Of a stretch of DNA of 64,000 nucleotides, positions 37,626 through 50,847 are shown piece after piece. Location of the stretch: contig NC_086374.1 in NCBI RefSeq assembly GCF_036588685.1, positions 96,348,001 through 96,412,000 of the forward strand, written 5' to 3'. Source of the stretch: Mytilus trossulus. Its lineage: Eukaryota. The position numbers were made by a program, and so were the translations under genes. A model generated the notes under the pieces. That model was not told where the DNA came from. It made no database searches and worked only from the letters and a program-made list of their open reading frames with translations. The first letter of the stretch is position 1. Each line of letters starts with the position of its first letter.

Positions 37626-40600
37626 CTTTGAAATAAAAAAAATATAAAGAATTCATTTAAGAGCTTTAGTTTGACAATTTCCTTCACTATATTCTAGGTA
37701 AAGTTCATACAAAATAGTAATTAAACAGCTCTATATACATTAGTTTTGTCTCCACTGAAATGAAAGGGCGAACCAAACTACACACCGGGCTATGTATATT
37801 TATAGGTAATACTGAATTGGATTTGTCATGTTCGGGTCCCTTTAAAGCTAAAGTATACGGTATGCGTATTGCTCATTGTTACAGAACGTTCTTATGTCCA
37901 TTTCTTCGTCATTTGGTCTTTGGTGGAGAGTTGGCTCATTTGCAATAGTACTTCATCTTATAAAAACATATTTTTTTTCAGAAATTTTGAATTTAAATTT
38001 CTCATAGATTTCTAAATATACTTAATAATATAGTTGTCGCAATATACAGACGTTGCTTTAAAAAAAACCAAGTGAATAAATGGATTCATAAATCAAGGTA
38101 TTATTCTACATATGACTATTTAGAAGGAAAAAAAGTACTTGTAACTTACCGCTAATAAGAAAATAGAAAGCCATAAGCCAGCTCTTTCCCTCATAGAATG
38201 CCACCATCTTTGTAGAGCTCCACAATAAAAGTAAACCAGTAGTACTTAACAGTAAACCAATAACTAATATCCATGTTGATTTCAGTTTGCTACCAATCAA
38301 ATTGGGTAAAAACCCAAGGCCAATTCCGGCATTCAACATGGAGGCAAATAATTCCACTAAAATGTAATATACTTTGTTTTTAATTCCAGCTTTAGTGCAA
38401 ATTCTTTAGTACATGTATATATCTTAAAACTTATCCGTCTTTGTGTTTCTTTTTTTAATTGACATAACAGGACGACCCTCTTCCCTTGCTGATTTTTTTT
38501 TATAAACCTTTGATATATACTTCATATAAATTCTTTAAGACCTGAAGGTGTGAGAAAAAAGTAAAATCACAAAAATACTAAACTCTAAGGAAAATTTAAA
38601 ATAGAAAGAACTCACCCGAAAATTGCTGACATAAACATTTGGTATTATATAAGTTGCATATCAATCCTACAAGAAATGCAGTATGAGGGTGCTTACAATA
38701 AAACGTTATAATTGATCAACATTTCTAAGGAGCATAGATCTTTTAATAATAGTTGATTACCGTTGGTTTTTAACTCTTCCAATACATTGTTAATAATAGC
38801 CTTCGAAATAAATCTAATAACAAGACCAGACGTCATTACTAGGGGGACCATAAAATTATTAAAACATTTCAAAATAATGTTGGTTCAGGTAGCAATACAC
38901 AGTAAGAAGTTTAGTTTCGCATTATGGCCATGGTGATTTTTTTTAATATAAAAGTTGTTGTACAAAAAACTGATTTTTAGATAATTGATGAATAATTTAG
39001 CCTTCTTGGTGGGTTTATATGAACATTTAAATTGTTTTTATCATGTTTTATAGGCCATATATCTGTTTGGCAGTCCGTATTTTCCTATCTGTACCATCCA
39101 TAGGTCCATAAATTATTGTAGTGTTTATCAACGAAGATTTTGCGCTCGATCTTTTCAATAATTATTCAATTTTATGGAAAAACGAGCAGAAATGCATATG
39201 ATTTTTTTGTGGACCAATTGATAGATATGAACCTATGGTATCAGCTGGAAAGGTATCACTATAAATGATTGATATTTTCCTTGGACCAAGTTTTGGAGAC
39301 ATTTGTGACCTGTTCACCCCCTTTTGCATTTATTTGGTATAAAAGAAATGCAAATTGTTGACATGGTTACACCCAAAAGGGATTATATTTCACCATTTTG
39401 ACCAATAGAAATTAAATCTATGGTAGATTCTCTTTCTACAAATATATAAATGCATAACACAAAAATTAAACATTATTTGTTAGAAAGGAGGGGAAAGAGG
39501 GTGTTTAAAAATTATGAGTGTCAATTTTAAGTTTTTTTCCTAACCGCATATTGCTACGTCAACTATAAAACAAGAGCTATCAGAATGAGAGTAACCCGGA
39601 TTTTTTAACATTTATTAGTGTCCTGGCATTTATCAAGATCACAAGGACCCCAGCTCCTAAATGGTAAAAATGACAATCATCAATACCAAACTTGATCTCC
39701 AATTTTTTAACAGTAACAACATTTTAAAATTTGAAAAGCTTTGTTTGAATGGTTCACGAATAAATTCATGGACACGACTGGAAACAACATTATTCCATCT
39801 ATCAAGAACCATAACTCCTGAACGGTCAAAGTAAAAAACTGTCATTGTTGAACTTGACCTCCATTTTGTTGTCAGTAACAACATATTAAAATTGTAAAAG
39901 CTTTGATTGAACGGTTCATGAGTTAATTAACGGACAACATTTGGCTGTCGCCCGGCCGTCGGACCGACCACCTGTCCTCCCGCCCGCCGTACATCCCCAA
40001 ATCAATCACAACGACCCATGCGCGGATCCAGGGAGGGGGGGTTCCGGGGATTAGAACCCCCCCTTTTTGGATGATAAATGCATTTGAATGGCGACATGTA
40101 ATTGGACCCCACCCCCTTTGTCCTGAGTTAGGACCCCCCCCCCCTTTTTTAAATGGCTGGATCCGCCCCTGCGACCATTGTACCCTTAGCCTTTTTGTAC
40201 AGTTAACAATGATCGAACGAACTACTCAATAAGATATTTTTTCCAAATCAGAGTGGTTGTACAAGACATTGTTAGCCGGTAATAAATTAATATCGTGTAA
40301 ATTTCAAAATACACAAATGTATACGTGTACACAAAAAAGCAAGTTTTAACAATTATACCTTCTTTCTGGTTATAGTGAAACATGGCTTTGATATCATTAA
40401 TGTAAACATAGAATATCAGATTGGATGCCATCATAGCATGAGCAAATCCTCCAGCAAGTAGGGACATCCATCGGAGATAATAGTTCTTCTTTGTTGTCGA
40501 CAGCAGTTTGTCAGTTTCATTCCCCTACAAAAGAAAATGACATTTTGTATAGAACCGTCATGTGACCAGTAATTTTTGAAATTCCTCAATCAAAGTTGAT

Positions 40601-43600
40601 TCTACTCGCGATTTTTCAAAAGTTCGATTAATTTGTTTTGTGTTTAGAGCTATTAAAATTGTATTACTGACTGGCAGCATAGTCTTTATGCGAGGTAAAA
40701 GGCATCCGTACATATTTGATTATTACATGCACGATTGCACTGTCATGGCAAAGATTATTCGATTGATGTCCGATTGTATAATTAAAATTAGGATGTGTGG
40801 TAAGATTTTTAAATGAGTTGAATATCCAAAAGATTCCAAATGAAGTGCATGTAAGAAACCATCAGTCATCAAACGACCTTCAACAATAAGAAAAACCCTT
40901 ACCATATAGTCACATATAAAAGACACCGACTTTACAAAATTGGAAAACAATGTAAACGAGTAAAACCAACTGTACTGATTTATGACAAACAATAAACGAA
41001 AAACAAATATGATAGACAGCAACCAACGAAGTCAAATATGATAGACAGCAACCAACGAAGTCAAATATGATAGACAGCAACCAACGAAGTCAAATATGAT
41101 AGACAACAACCAACGAAGTCAAATATGATAGACAGCAACCAACGAAGTCAAATATGATAGACAGCAACCAACGAAGTCAAATATGATAGACAGCAACCAA
41201 CGAAGTCAAATATGATAGACAGCAACCAACGAAGTCAAATATGATAGACAACAACCAACGAAGTCAAATATGATAGACACGAAGCCAAATATGATAGACA
41301 GCAACCAACGAAGTCAAATATGATAGACACGAAGCCAAATATGATAGACAGCAACCAACGAAGTCAAATATGATAGACAGCAACCAACGAAGTCAAATAT
41401 GATAGACAGCAACCAACGAAGTCAAATATGATAGACAGCAACCAACGAAGTCAAATATGATAGACAGCAACCAACGAAGCCAAATATGGTAGACAGCAAC
41501 CAACGAAGTCAAGTATGATAGACAACAACCAACGAAGTCAAATATGATAGACAACAACCAACGAAGCCAAATATGATAGACAGCAACCAACGAAGTCAAA
41601 TATTATAGACAGCAACCAACGAAGTCAAATATGATAGACAGCAACCAACGAAGTCAAGTATGATAGACAACAACCAACGAAGTCAAATATGATAGACAAC
41701 AACCAACGAAGTCAAATATGATAGACAGCAACCAACGAAGTCAAATATGATAGACAACAACCAACGAAATCAAATATGATAGACAACAACCAACGAAGTC
41801 AAATATGATAGACACGAAGCCAAATATGATAGACAGCAACCAACGAAGTCAAATATGATAGACACGAAGCCAAATATGATAGACAGCAACCAACGAAGTC
41901 AAATATGATAGACAGCAACCAACGAAGTCAAGTATGATAGACAACAACCAACGAAGTCAAATATGATAGACAACAACCAACGGAGTCAAATATGATAGAC
42001 AACAACCAACGAAGTCAAATATGATAGACAACAACCAACGAAGTCAAATATGATAGACAACAACCAACGAAGTCAAATATGATAGACAAAAACCAACGAA
42101 GTCAAATATGGTAGACAGCAACCAACGAAGCCAAATATGATAGACAACAACCAACGAAATCAAATATGATAGACAACAACCAACGAAGTCAAATATAATA
42201 GACACGAAGCCAAATATGATAGACAGCAACCAACGAAGTCAAATATGATAGACACGAAGCCAAATATGATAGACAGCAACCAACGAAGTCAAATATGATA
42301 GACAGCAACCAACGAAGTCAAATATGATAGACAGCAACCAACGAAGTCAAATATGGTAGACAGCAACCAACGAAGTCAAGTATGATAGACAACAACCAAC
42401 GAAGTCATATATGATAGACAGCAACCAACGAAGCCAAATATGATAGACAGCAACCAACGAAGCCAAATATGGTAGACAGCAACCAACGAAGTCAAGTATG
42501 ATAGACAACAACCAACGAAGTCAAATATGATAGACAACAACCAACGAAGTCAAATATGATAGACAACAACCAACGAAGTCAAATATGATAGACAACAACC
42601 AACGAAGCCAAATATGATAGACAGCAACCAACGAAGTCAAATATTATAGACAGCAACCAACGAAGTCAAATATGATAGACAGCAACCAACGAAGTCAAGT
42701 ATGATAGACAACAACCAACGAAGTCAAATATGATAGACAGCAACCAACGAAGTCAAATATGATAGACAGCAACCAACGAAGTCAAATATGATAGACAACA
42801 ACCAACGATGTCAAATATGATAGACAGCAACCAACGAAGTCAAATATGATAGACAGCAACCAACGAAGTCAAATATGATAGACAGCAACCAACGAAGTCA
42901 AATATGGTAGACAGCAACCAACGAAGTCAAGTATGATAGACAACAACCAACGAAGTCATATATGATAGACAACAACCAACGAAGCCAAATATGATAGACA
43001 GCAACCAACGAAGCCAAATATGGTAGACAGCAACCAACGAAGTCAAGTATGATAGACAACAACCAACGAAGTCAAATATGATAGACAACAACCAACGAAG
43101 TCAAATATGATAGACAACAACCAACGAAGTCAAATATGATAGACAACAACCAACGAAGCCAAATATGATAGACAGCAACCAACGAAGTCAAATATTATAG
43201 ACAGCAACCAACGAAGTCAAATATGATAGACAGCAACCAACGAAGTCAAGTATGATAGACAACAACCAACGAAGTCAAATATGATAGACAGCAACCAACG
43301 AAGTCAAATATGATAGACAGCAACCAACGAAGTCAAATATGATAGACAACAACCAACGATGTCAAATATGATAGACAGCAACCAACGAAGTCAAATATGA
43401 TAGACAGCAACCAACGAAGTCAAATATGATAGACAGCAACCAACGAAGTCAAATATGATAGACAGCAACCAACGAAGCCAAATATGATAGACAGCAACCA
43501 ACGAAGTCAAATATGATAGACAGCAACCAACGAAGTCAAATATGATAGACAGCAACCAACGAAGTCAAATATGATAGACAACAACCAACGAAGTCAAATA

Positions 43601-46600
43601 TAGTCAAATATGATAGACAGCAACCAACGAAGTCAAATATGATAAACAGCAACCAACGAAGTCAAATATAATAAACAGCAACCAACGAAGTCAAATATGA
43701 TAGACAGCAACCAACGAAGTCAAATATGATAGACAGCAACCAACGAAGTCAAGTATGATAGACAGCAACCAACGAAGTCAAGTATGATAGACAGCAACCA
43801 ACGATGTCAAGTATGATAGACAGCAACCAACGAAGTCAAGTATGATAGACAGCAACCAACGAAGTCAAATATGATAGACAGCAACCAACGAATTCAAATA
43901 TGATAGACAGCAACCAACGAAGTCAAATATGATAGACAACAACCAACGAAGTCAAATATGATAGACAACAACCAACGAAGTCAAATATGATAGACAGCAA
44001 CCAACGAAGTCAAATATGATAGACAGCAACCAACGAAGCTAAATATGATAGACAGCAACCAACGAAGTCAAATATGATAGACAGCAACCAACGAAGTCAA
44101 ATATGATAGACAGCAACCAACGAAGTCAAATATGATAGACAACAACCAACGAAGTCAAATATGATAGACAACAAATAGACAGCAACCAACGAAGTCAAAT
44201 ATGATAGACAGCAACCAACGAAGTCAAATATGATAGACAGCAACCAACGAAGCCAAATATGATAGACAACAACCAACGAAGCCAAATATGATAGACAACA
44301 ACCAACGAAGTCAAATATGATAGACAGCAACCAACGAAGTCAAATATGATAGACAGCAACCAACGAAGCCAAATATGATAGACAGCAACCAACGAAGTCA
44401 AATATGATAGACAACAACCAACGATGTCAAATATGATAGACAGCAACCAACGAAGTCAAATATGATAAACAGCAACCAACGAAGTCAAATATGATAGTCA
44501 GCAACAAACGATAACCACTAAACTATAGTTCACTGACTTGGGACATAATCATTGGAGCACACTTATGATAATAACATTGTTAAGATAGACAACTATAATT
44601 AACTAGTTTGATATTTTTTAAATTTTGTGTCTGCAGAGTAAAAGCCAAAATAAATGAAGACAAACCGATCGAAAAACATAAAAAAAATCATAAATTTGAT
44701 AAATGAAAATTTGCGAAAATTGGGTTACTAGCGGAAAGTAATTATCGATGTACGAGAAAATCAATCGGATAAATGACCGATTATTTGACACCAAAAAATG
44801 CATGTGATATATAAATTCATGAAAGATAAATTACAATAACAAAATAACAAAGCCTACAAGGATCCGTTTCATATGTGGCCTGGTTCAATGAGTATACAAA
44901 ATATATACTTTTCCGACGCGCGACGCTTAAAATACAAATGTATTTTGTACGAAAATTTGTGAGATAGTTATAGTGTCCTTTTTAGCTTCTTAACTCTTAG
45001 TCTTATGTCGACGAAACGCGCGTCTGGCGTACTAAATTATAATCCTGGCACCTTTGATAACTATTTACACCACTGGGTCGATGCCACTGCTGGTGGACGT
45101 TTCGTCCAAAAGAGTATCACCAGCCCAGTAGTCAACATTTTGGTGTTGACATGAATAACAATAATGTGTTCATTTTTATAAATTTCCTGTTTACAAAACT
45201 TTAAATTTTCGAAAAACTAAGTATTTTCTTATCCCAGACATAGATTACCTTAGCCGTATTTGGCACAACTATTTGGAATTTTGGATCCTCAATGCTCTTC
45301 AACTTTGTACTTGCTTGGCTTTATAAATATTTTGATATGATTGTCATTGATGAGTCTTATGAAGACGAAACGCGCGTCTGGCGTACTAAATTATAATCCT
45401 GGTACCTTTGATAACTAATTAAAATATGTAAAGACTTACTGATTCTTTTAGAAAACGCAGACATATTTTAAAATTCCACATTGAATTAAAATCAAACTTA
45501 ACATAAATTCCATACAGTTCAAGTTCTGAATATCTAATTCTTACATTAATGTGTGTGAATGTAATTAACTGTTTTGAAATATTTCTGTAAATAAGGAAAC
45601 ATGCATAATCATGCATAGCAACCACTGTAAAAATAGTTTAATTATCTAAAATGTCCAAACATTTATAGGCGTATACAGTAACTGCTCAGAATAATCGAAA
45701 AAACTTTTTTTTTTAAAAGGAGTAACACAGCAACATTATGAATTGATTGTTATTGTATCATATGATGTAGCTGCAACAGATTTCCTGGAGTTAAAGTAAA
45801 AAACACATAAAACAGGTGTTGGTGTTAAGAGTGCACACTCTCGCTTTATTGTTTTGCATATACGAGATCAGTAGATCAGGTGTTTAAAATTTATTGTAAA
45901 TGCTTTGTAAAAAGTTCTGATTTCAGTTTTCTCTTTAAGTTTGGAGCATTTTATAGCTTTCTGTGCGGTATGGGTTTTGCTCGTTGTTGAAGGCTGTAAA
46001 TAAAAATAAAAAATACGAAATCATAAATTAGGTATATAAAAATTTGAGAAAATGGGAAACCTCTCGCGGAAATTAATTGTCCGATGAACGGGTTGTTGTC
46101 TCTTTGAAACATTACCAAATTCCATTCTCAATTTTATACAAGTATTTATCAAAATTAAATTTTCTTAAGATTATGAAGCGATAGATATATATGATTTTTG
46201 CTCTTTGTTGAAGGCTGTGAGAGTATCTATACTTAGTAATTTCTACGTTATTTTGGTCCTTGATGACCTGCCAGTTGTTTCAATCGCAATCATACCACAT
46301 CTTCTTATTTTAATACAGACTTTATACTGTGTTTGGGAGGGGGTTCGAGGGGTTAGGGGGACTATGTATGGGCCGTTGAAAAGGGTAACTTTTCTACCTT
46401 CATGATTATATAGTTCGGTCAATAATACAGGTGAAATAGCCAACGAGCTCCTATCTTTTTTATGTTTTTTTTAATTAATCTTATTGAATATTTCAACTTA
46501 TAAATAATATTTGAAAAGATAATTCACCCTCAGATGTTGACATCGGTGAATATCATGTTTCTGGAATCAATAAACCATTGTAGCAAACTCATAAAAAGCC

Positions 46601-49600
46601 AATAATAATTTATTATTTAAGGTTACTGATTGAATCATAAATATCTGAAAATAATCAGATGTCGATCATTTAGCAGATGTTAATGCACCAGCTATTTGTC
46701 AAATCTATTTATTTCTCCGTGAAAACGCTTTTTAAAAGCATTTAAGCTATAGATAAATTGTTTGTGAAAAACAAAACCTTTTAAAGGGTATACATATGTA
46801 TTTGACATTCAAAATATGTAAAAAGGGAAGTTCCTCAATACATCAGCTGCCTATCCTCAAGGCTAAAGTGGCCGTAATAAAGCCTGGTTATATAATAATT
46901 AAATACAACTGATATATTGAAACTTCATTGTATCTAACAAGAATTAAGCCTCAGATATAAAATTGATTAATGGATTTGAAATGTATACAATGTTTCGTAT
47001 ATATATATATGACAGTGCATCACAAGCCTCTTAAGGCTGGTTGGTATAAATATACATGTTAATTGAATGCTTATGTTTAAAACTGAAATTTATTGTATTA
47101 CATGTATATGTACCAAGTTGTACTTTAAAATAAAAATATCTATCTATCTAAAAAAAAATTCGAACGACAGGTTTAACTAGTTTTAATGTGTAGGGGCAGT
47201 AGGGCTCCCCTCTTAATTTTTTAATACTTGGTCAGCTTAATACATTTTGTAGCAGAGTTTAAAATTTGGTTGTGCTTACATGTTACGATATGTTCATACT
47301 TAAGGTAGCATAATACAAAGATTTTTTTACTTCCAATCACTAACCTTTGAAATGCTGTAACTTTCTTATGAATGCATAGAAAATAACAAAAGAGGTATAT
47401 ATAGATAGATAAAAGATTAATCTTTTAAATGAATGAAATATTTTTATTATGCAATCATTATGTCAAGCATTATTAAGAAAGTTACAGCATTTTAAAACTT
47501 GGGAGTTAGAGTTATAAAATCTTTGTATTGTGCTATCTTAACATCTGGATTTAGAATAACTTTTCTTTAAAGCCAGTTTAAAAAAAAAGTTTCAATAATC
47601 TTGTTTCAGACTGAATTACAGACTGGATTGGTTCGACCAGATTTGCTTTAAACTTACAAATCTGATATAAAAATAAGGCGATATGCAGGTTTGATCGCCA
47701 ATAAAGAAAATTATAAAAGAGTTAAAATGAAGAGGGTGTTATCAATTATAGGCAACCGTACAGCATCAACAATGAGAAAAATAATGATGTCTTAGTAAAA
47801 TTTAATTTGTTCGATATACTTTGAAGTGTTCTTTTATCAAAACTACGGACTGAGTAAGTACGTAAGTACCAAAGTCCTTCTAGTAGATTTATAATTGATC
47901 TACAACCAATGTGACTGTCACAGATGTGGGATTTGTAACAAATTGTAACTGGACTGAAAGGTCAATAGTTTAAATCGGATTGATGAATGGCGTTTGGACA
48001 ATCGATTGATTCGGTATTTTTAACGCGTTTCATAGCTTTTATTATGATTTTTTTTTTTAGAAATTAACTGTTTCTAATTTTTTTTTTATAACATAATGCA
48101 ATTCCAGTAAGAAAAAAGGGAAAATTTCAACGGCTACATTGTATAATAAAGGGCTGCGCTTTAGCGCATGATACGCCCGTTGCTCTTTTAACTTGTCTTT
48201 TATGCTTTAAATGAATTTATATGATCAACTAGAAATAGTGTGAGCCCTGTCAACCCCCCCCCCCCCCCAAATAATAAATAAAAATGCACAAAAAAATTGG
48301 CACTATTAAGGTCAATAGATATAAACAATTTATCAAAGTTGCATAAAATTTTGTGAAAGTGTTAGTTATTGTCCCAAAATTGGAAAATCACCCCTTTTTT
48401 AAGCATAAAAATTCATAACACGGAAATGTAAAATCTGAAATATATAAAAATTGAAAGGGAGCTTACATCAACAGATATAAACAATTCACCAAAGTTTTAT
48501 GGACATTGGTGAAAGCCTTTTTTGAGTTATAATCCGAAGTGTTGAAAATCCCCCCTTTTTTATGAATAAAGCCCCATAAATCCAAAACTTAAAATCTGAA
48601 ATTAAAAAAAAACGAAAGGGAGCTTACGTCAATAGATATAAACAATTCACTTAAGTTTCATGGAAATTGGTGAAAGTGGTTTTGAGTTATTGTCCGAAGT
48701 GTGGACGACGGACGGACAGACGGACGGACGGACGGACAGACGGACGGACGGACAACGGTATACCATAATACGCAATGTCTAAAAGACGACGGGCGTATAA
48801 AAACGAAAAATTGTCATGTTTTAATAAGTGAAACTTCCTTTTTAACTTTAACATTAACCTACATGTAATGTGATATCATACGTTGATATTTTTAATAGAG
48901 TTAATATATCTTATATTGATTTAATGAGGTATATCGTAGAGTAAGAGAAATTATTAAAACAAAAACAAAAAACACTTAAAAGCGTACTTGTATAGAGGCA
49001 ATAGAACTCTTGCACAATACACATAATTTACGGTTATGCTGTTAGTAAACTATATATATCGAATAGTATGTTGTATATTATTACTTTCAAGCATTAATTA
49101 AGTTATTATATTTTTTATTTCCTGTTGATAAAGAAAATTTGTTGACAACCACAATATATGTATTGTGTAACAGAGAATGTAGTTTCTACTTATTTTTATT
49201 CAACTGAACTAGGAGACAGATTTATTCAATCCTTAGTTACTTGTTCAAGTTCTGGATCTAACTTGACATTACGAGATTTTATTTTGTATAAAATGTTATT
49301 ATTTTCATGGTATAATAAATATTATTTTCAATAACACATGATTTCACATGAACATGATATAAAACGATGACGTGTGTATACAGTGTTTGTAGGATTTTGT
49401 GTTTTTTACATTACAAAACTCTGACAAAGTAACCTTTACCTGCAGTGGTGGATACAGAACTTTTTGAAAGGGAGCCCACTGACTGGCCTAATAGAGGGAG
49501 GGGCGGAGCTTGCTCTAGTCATGCTTAAGTGATTTCCTATATAATAAAAAAAAATCATACAAAAGCCCCCCCCCCCCCTTTTTTGGATCTGCCTCTGTCC

Positions 49601-50847
49601 TGCTATGAATTTTAAAAAAATTTAAGAGAAAGGTTTTGTGAACACTATAGCTATCATATTTTTTTTCATTTGAAACTTAAGAATATTTGTCAAAAATCTT
49701 CTATTTGGTTAATCTTTTCCTTTTTTGTTCCTTTGAAACGGATAGACTTCATCTGTATATTCTAAGTGGTTAGTTACATCATTTATTTATAAATCTTTCT
49801 TTTATTTAGAGTATGTGTATTTGGTAAGTAGAAGAAAAATATTATAAGGTAAAACTTTGAAGTAGAAGTTATGAATTTGTATTTATATGCTCTCATAATT
49901 CTCAATAGAATGATACTTGTATAACTTTTATCGTAACACGTGTTTTGTAGGCGTATGACACTTTGCCCTGTGTTCTTATGTCATATTCCTACATTTATAA
50001 CCATGTAAATTGTAAACACTCAACTGAATATGATTCTGTATCGGCTTAGAATATTCTTAAAAGAGCCGTACCAATCAACAATACATTTTAAAAGAACAGA
50101 ACAAGCTTGACCCAAAATTTACATTAAAAATAATGACAGATCCATGATTTGTAAAAAAATTACTAAATAAAAATATATTTAACAAAAGGTTGCATTTATC
50201 ATTTTTTTTGTCAATTGAACCTATTTTTCATTTACTTATATCTACATATGGGAACTAAAAACAAAACTTTAATATATAATTCTTTATACATTTTCCCTAT
50301 GAGTTATTAAAAAGTCCAGTAAAGGACAAAACCGGATCATGTCTCGCTCTTGGCTATAAAATATTATATCTTTAAATGTGTCCTTTTATTCATAAAACTA
50401 ATCCATAGAATGAACTTTGTTTGTCTGCTTCAACAATATTCTTGACAAATGCATCTATTAAAGATGATATGTCATACATAAAGATCGTCCTGTACATGCA
50501 TGAAATATTTGTCACTGGACGTCAAGCAATCACCAGTCAACAAATCAATAATACATACATTAAGTCAGACCACTAAAACAGTTTGTATTTTTTTTAAATA
50601 TATATTTTTGAATTTCTTTTCATTGAAATTACAAACAGATTCCCGCTAGTCTGCTTACATAACTGTAAATAAAAGCGATCTTATGTAACTGAATAAATGT
50701 AAAGAGAAGACAAACAGATAACCGCAAGCGAGCTTCATATATTACTGCATGAATAAGTGTTGTAAAAAGACAACGTTTTAAATAGATAGACAATAAATAG
50801 CCTACCTGAACCGGTTCGGGGGAATTCTCTTTCCATATTTCATCCAT
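36637..50847 (-). CDS. MFS transporter, MCH1/nodulin-like (NFD4) family, 4 exons, about 467 aa
   Basis: Exons 50847-50806 (inferred), 40524-40359, 38356-38150, 37625-36637; GT-AG, phases 0/1/1 are consistent. About 12 hydrophobic segments; motifs NATHF..KRGRIMA, SDK..R, SEVFHIDNLMRNWG, and C.G.HC.RYG before the last TM. Confidence 0.85.
38150..38356 (-). CDS. MFS transporter exon 3
   Basis: tttag|(V)ELFASMLNAGIGLGFLP...MAFYFLIS(G)|gtaagt. Confidence 0.9.
39569..40010 (+). mobile_element. Helentron-type MITE with internal ~150-bp duplicated unit
   Basis: aacaagagct start; two copies of aacttga(t/c)ctcca..cagtaacaacat..aaaagcttt; GC-rich ccgc repeat. Confidence 0.5.
40017..40171. mobile_element. 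Short MITE with 5-bp flanking direct repeat CGACC
   Basis: catgcgcggatccag...ctggatccgcccctg, with CGACC immediately on both sides. Confidence 0.7.
40359..40524 (-). CDS. MFS transporter exon 2
   Basis: ttttgtag|GNETDKLLSTTKKNYYLRWMSLLAGG...FHYNQKE(V)|gtataa. Confidence 0.85.
41005..44505. repeat. About 3.5-kb satellite, 29-bp unit, roughly 120 copies, in MFS intron 1
   Basis: Consensus aaatatgatagacagcaaccaacgaagtc; 20-bp deletion variants; 551-bp (19-unit) higher-order repeat. Confidence 0.97.
44999..45416 (+). mobile_element. Non-LTR retrozyme-like unit: 354-nt monomer bounded by two hammerhead-ribozyme-containing direct repeats
   Basis: agtcttatg..gacgaaacgcgcgtctggcgtactaaattataatcctgg.acctttgataacta at 44999-45063 and 45353-45417; period 354. 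Confidence 0.8.
45341..45384 (+). ncRNA. Minimal type I hammerhead ribozyme (core C3 changed to U)
   Basis: Stem I UGUCA/UGGCG; core UUGAUGA; stem II GUC-uuaugaa-GAC; GAAA; short stem III C-gcgc-G; cleavage triplet GUC ending at 45378. Confidence 0.75.
47304..47537. mobile_element. Foldback MITE with TTAA TSD (Kolobok- or piggyBac-type)
   Basis: TTAA|GGTAGCATAATACAAAGATTTT ... AAAATCTTTGTATTGTGCTATC|TTAA; inner inverted block aatgctgtaactttctta. Confidence 0.75.
48146..48802 (+). mobile_element. Helentron-type MITE with internal tandem units and (GGAC)n
   Basis: Subterminal inverted repeat atacgcccgt / acgggcgtat; three copies of caatagatataaacaatt; (ggac)n at 48706-48753. Confidence 0.7.
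50806..50847 (-). CDS. Probable first coding exon of the MFS transporter (MDEIWKENSPEPVQ)
   Basis: aagATGG context, 42 nt, CAG|gtaggc donor, phase 0 matching exon 2, which has no ATG before its first TM region apart from M at 40467. Confidence 0.55.

Noticed and set aside
41005-44505. CRISPR array, or coding ORFs in the 29-bp repeat
   Set aside because: Contiguous repeats with no unique spacers, eukaryotic context, no cas genes, unit not divisible by 3. The lack of spacers also excludes the 30-, 28- and 72-bp arrays.
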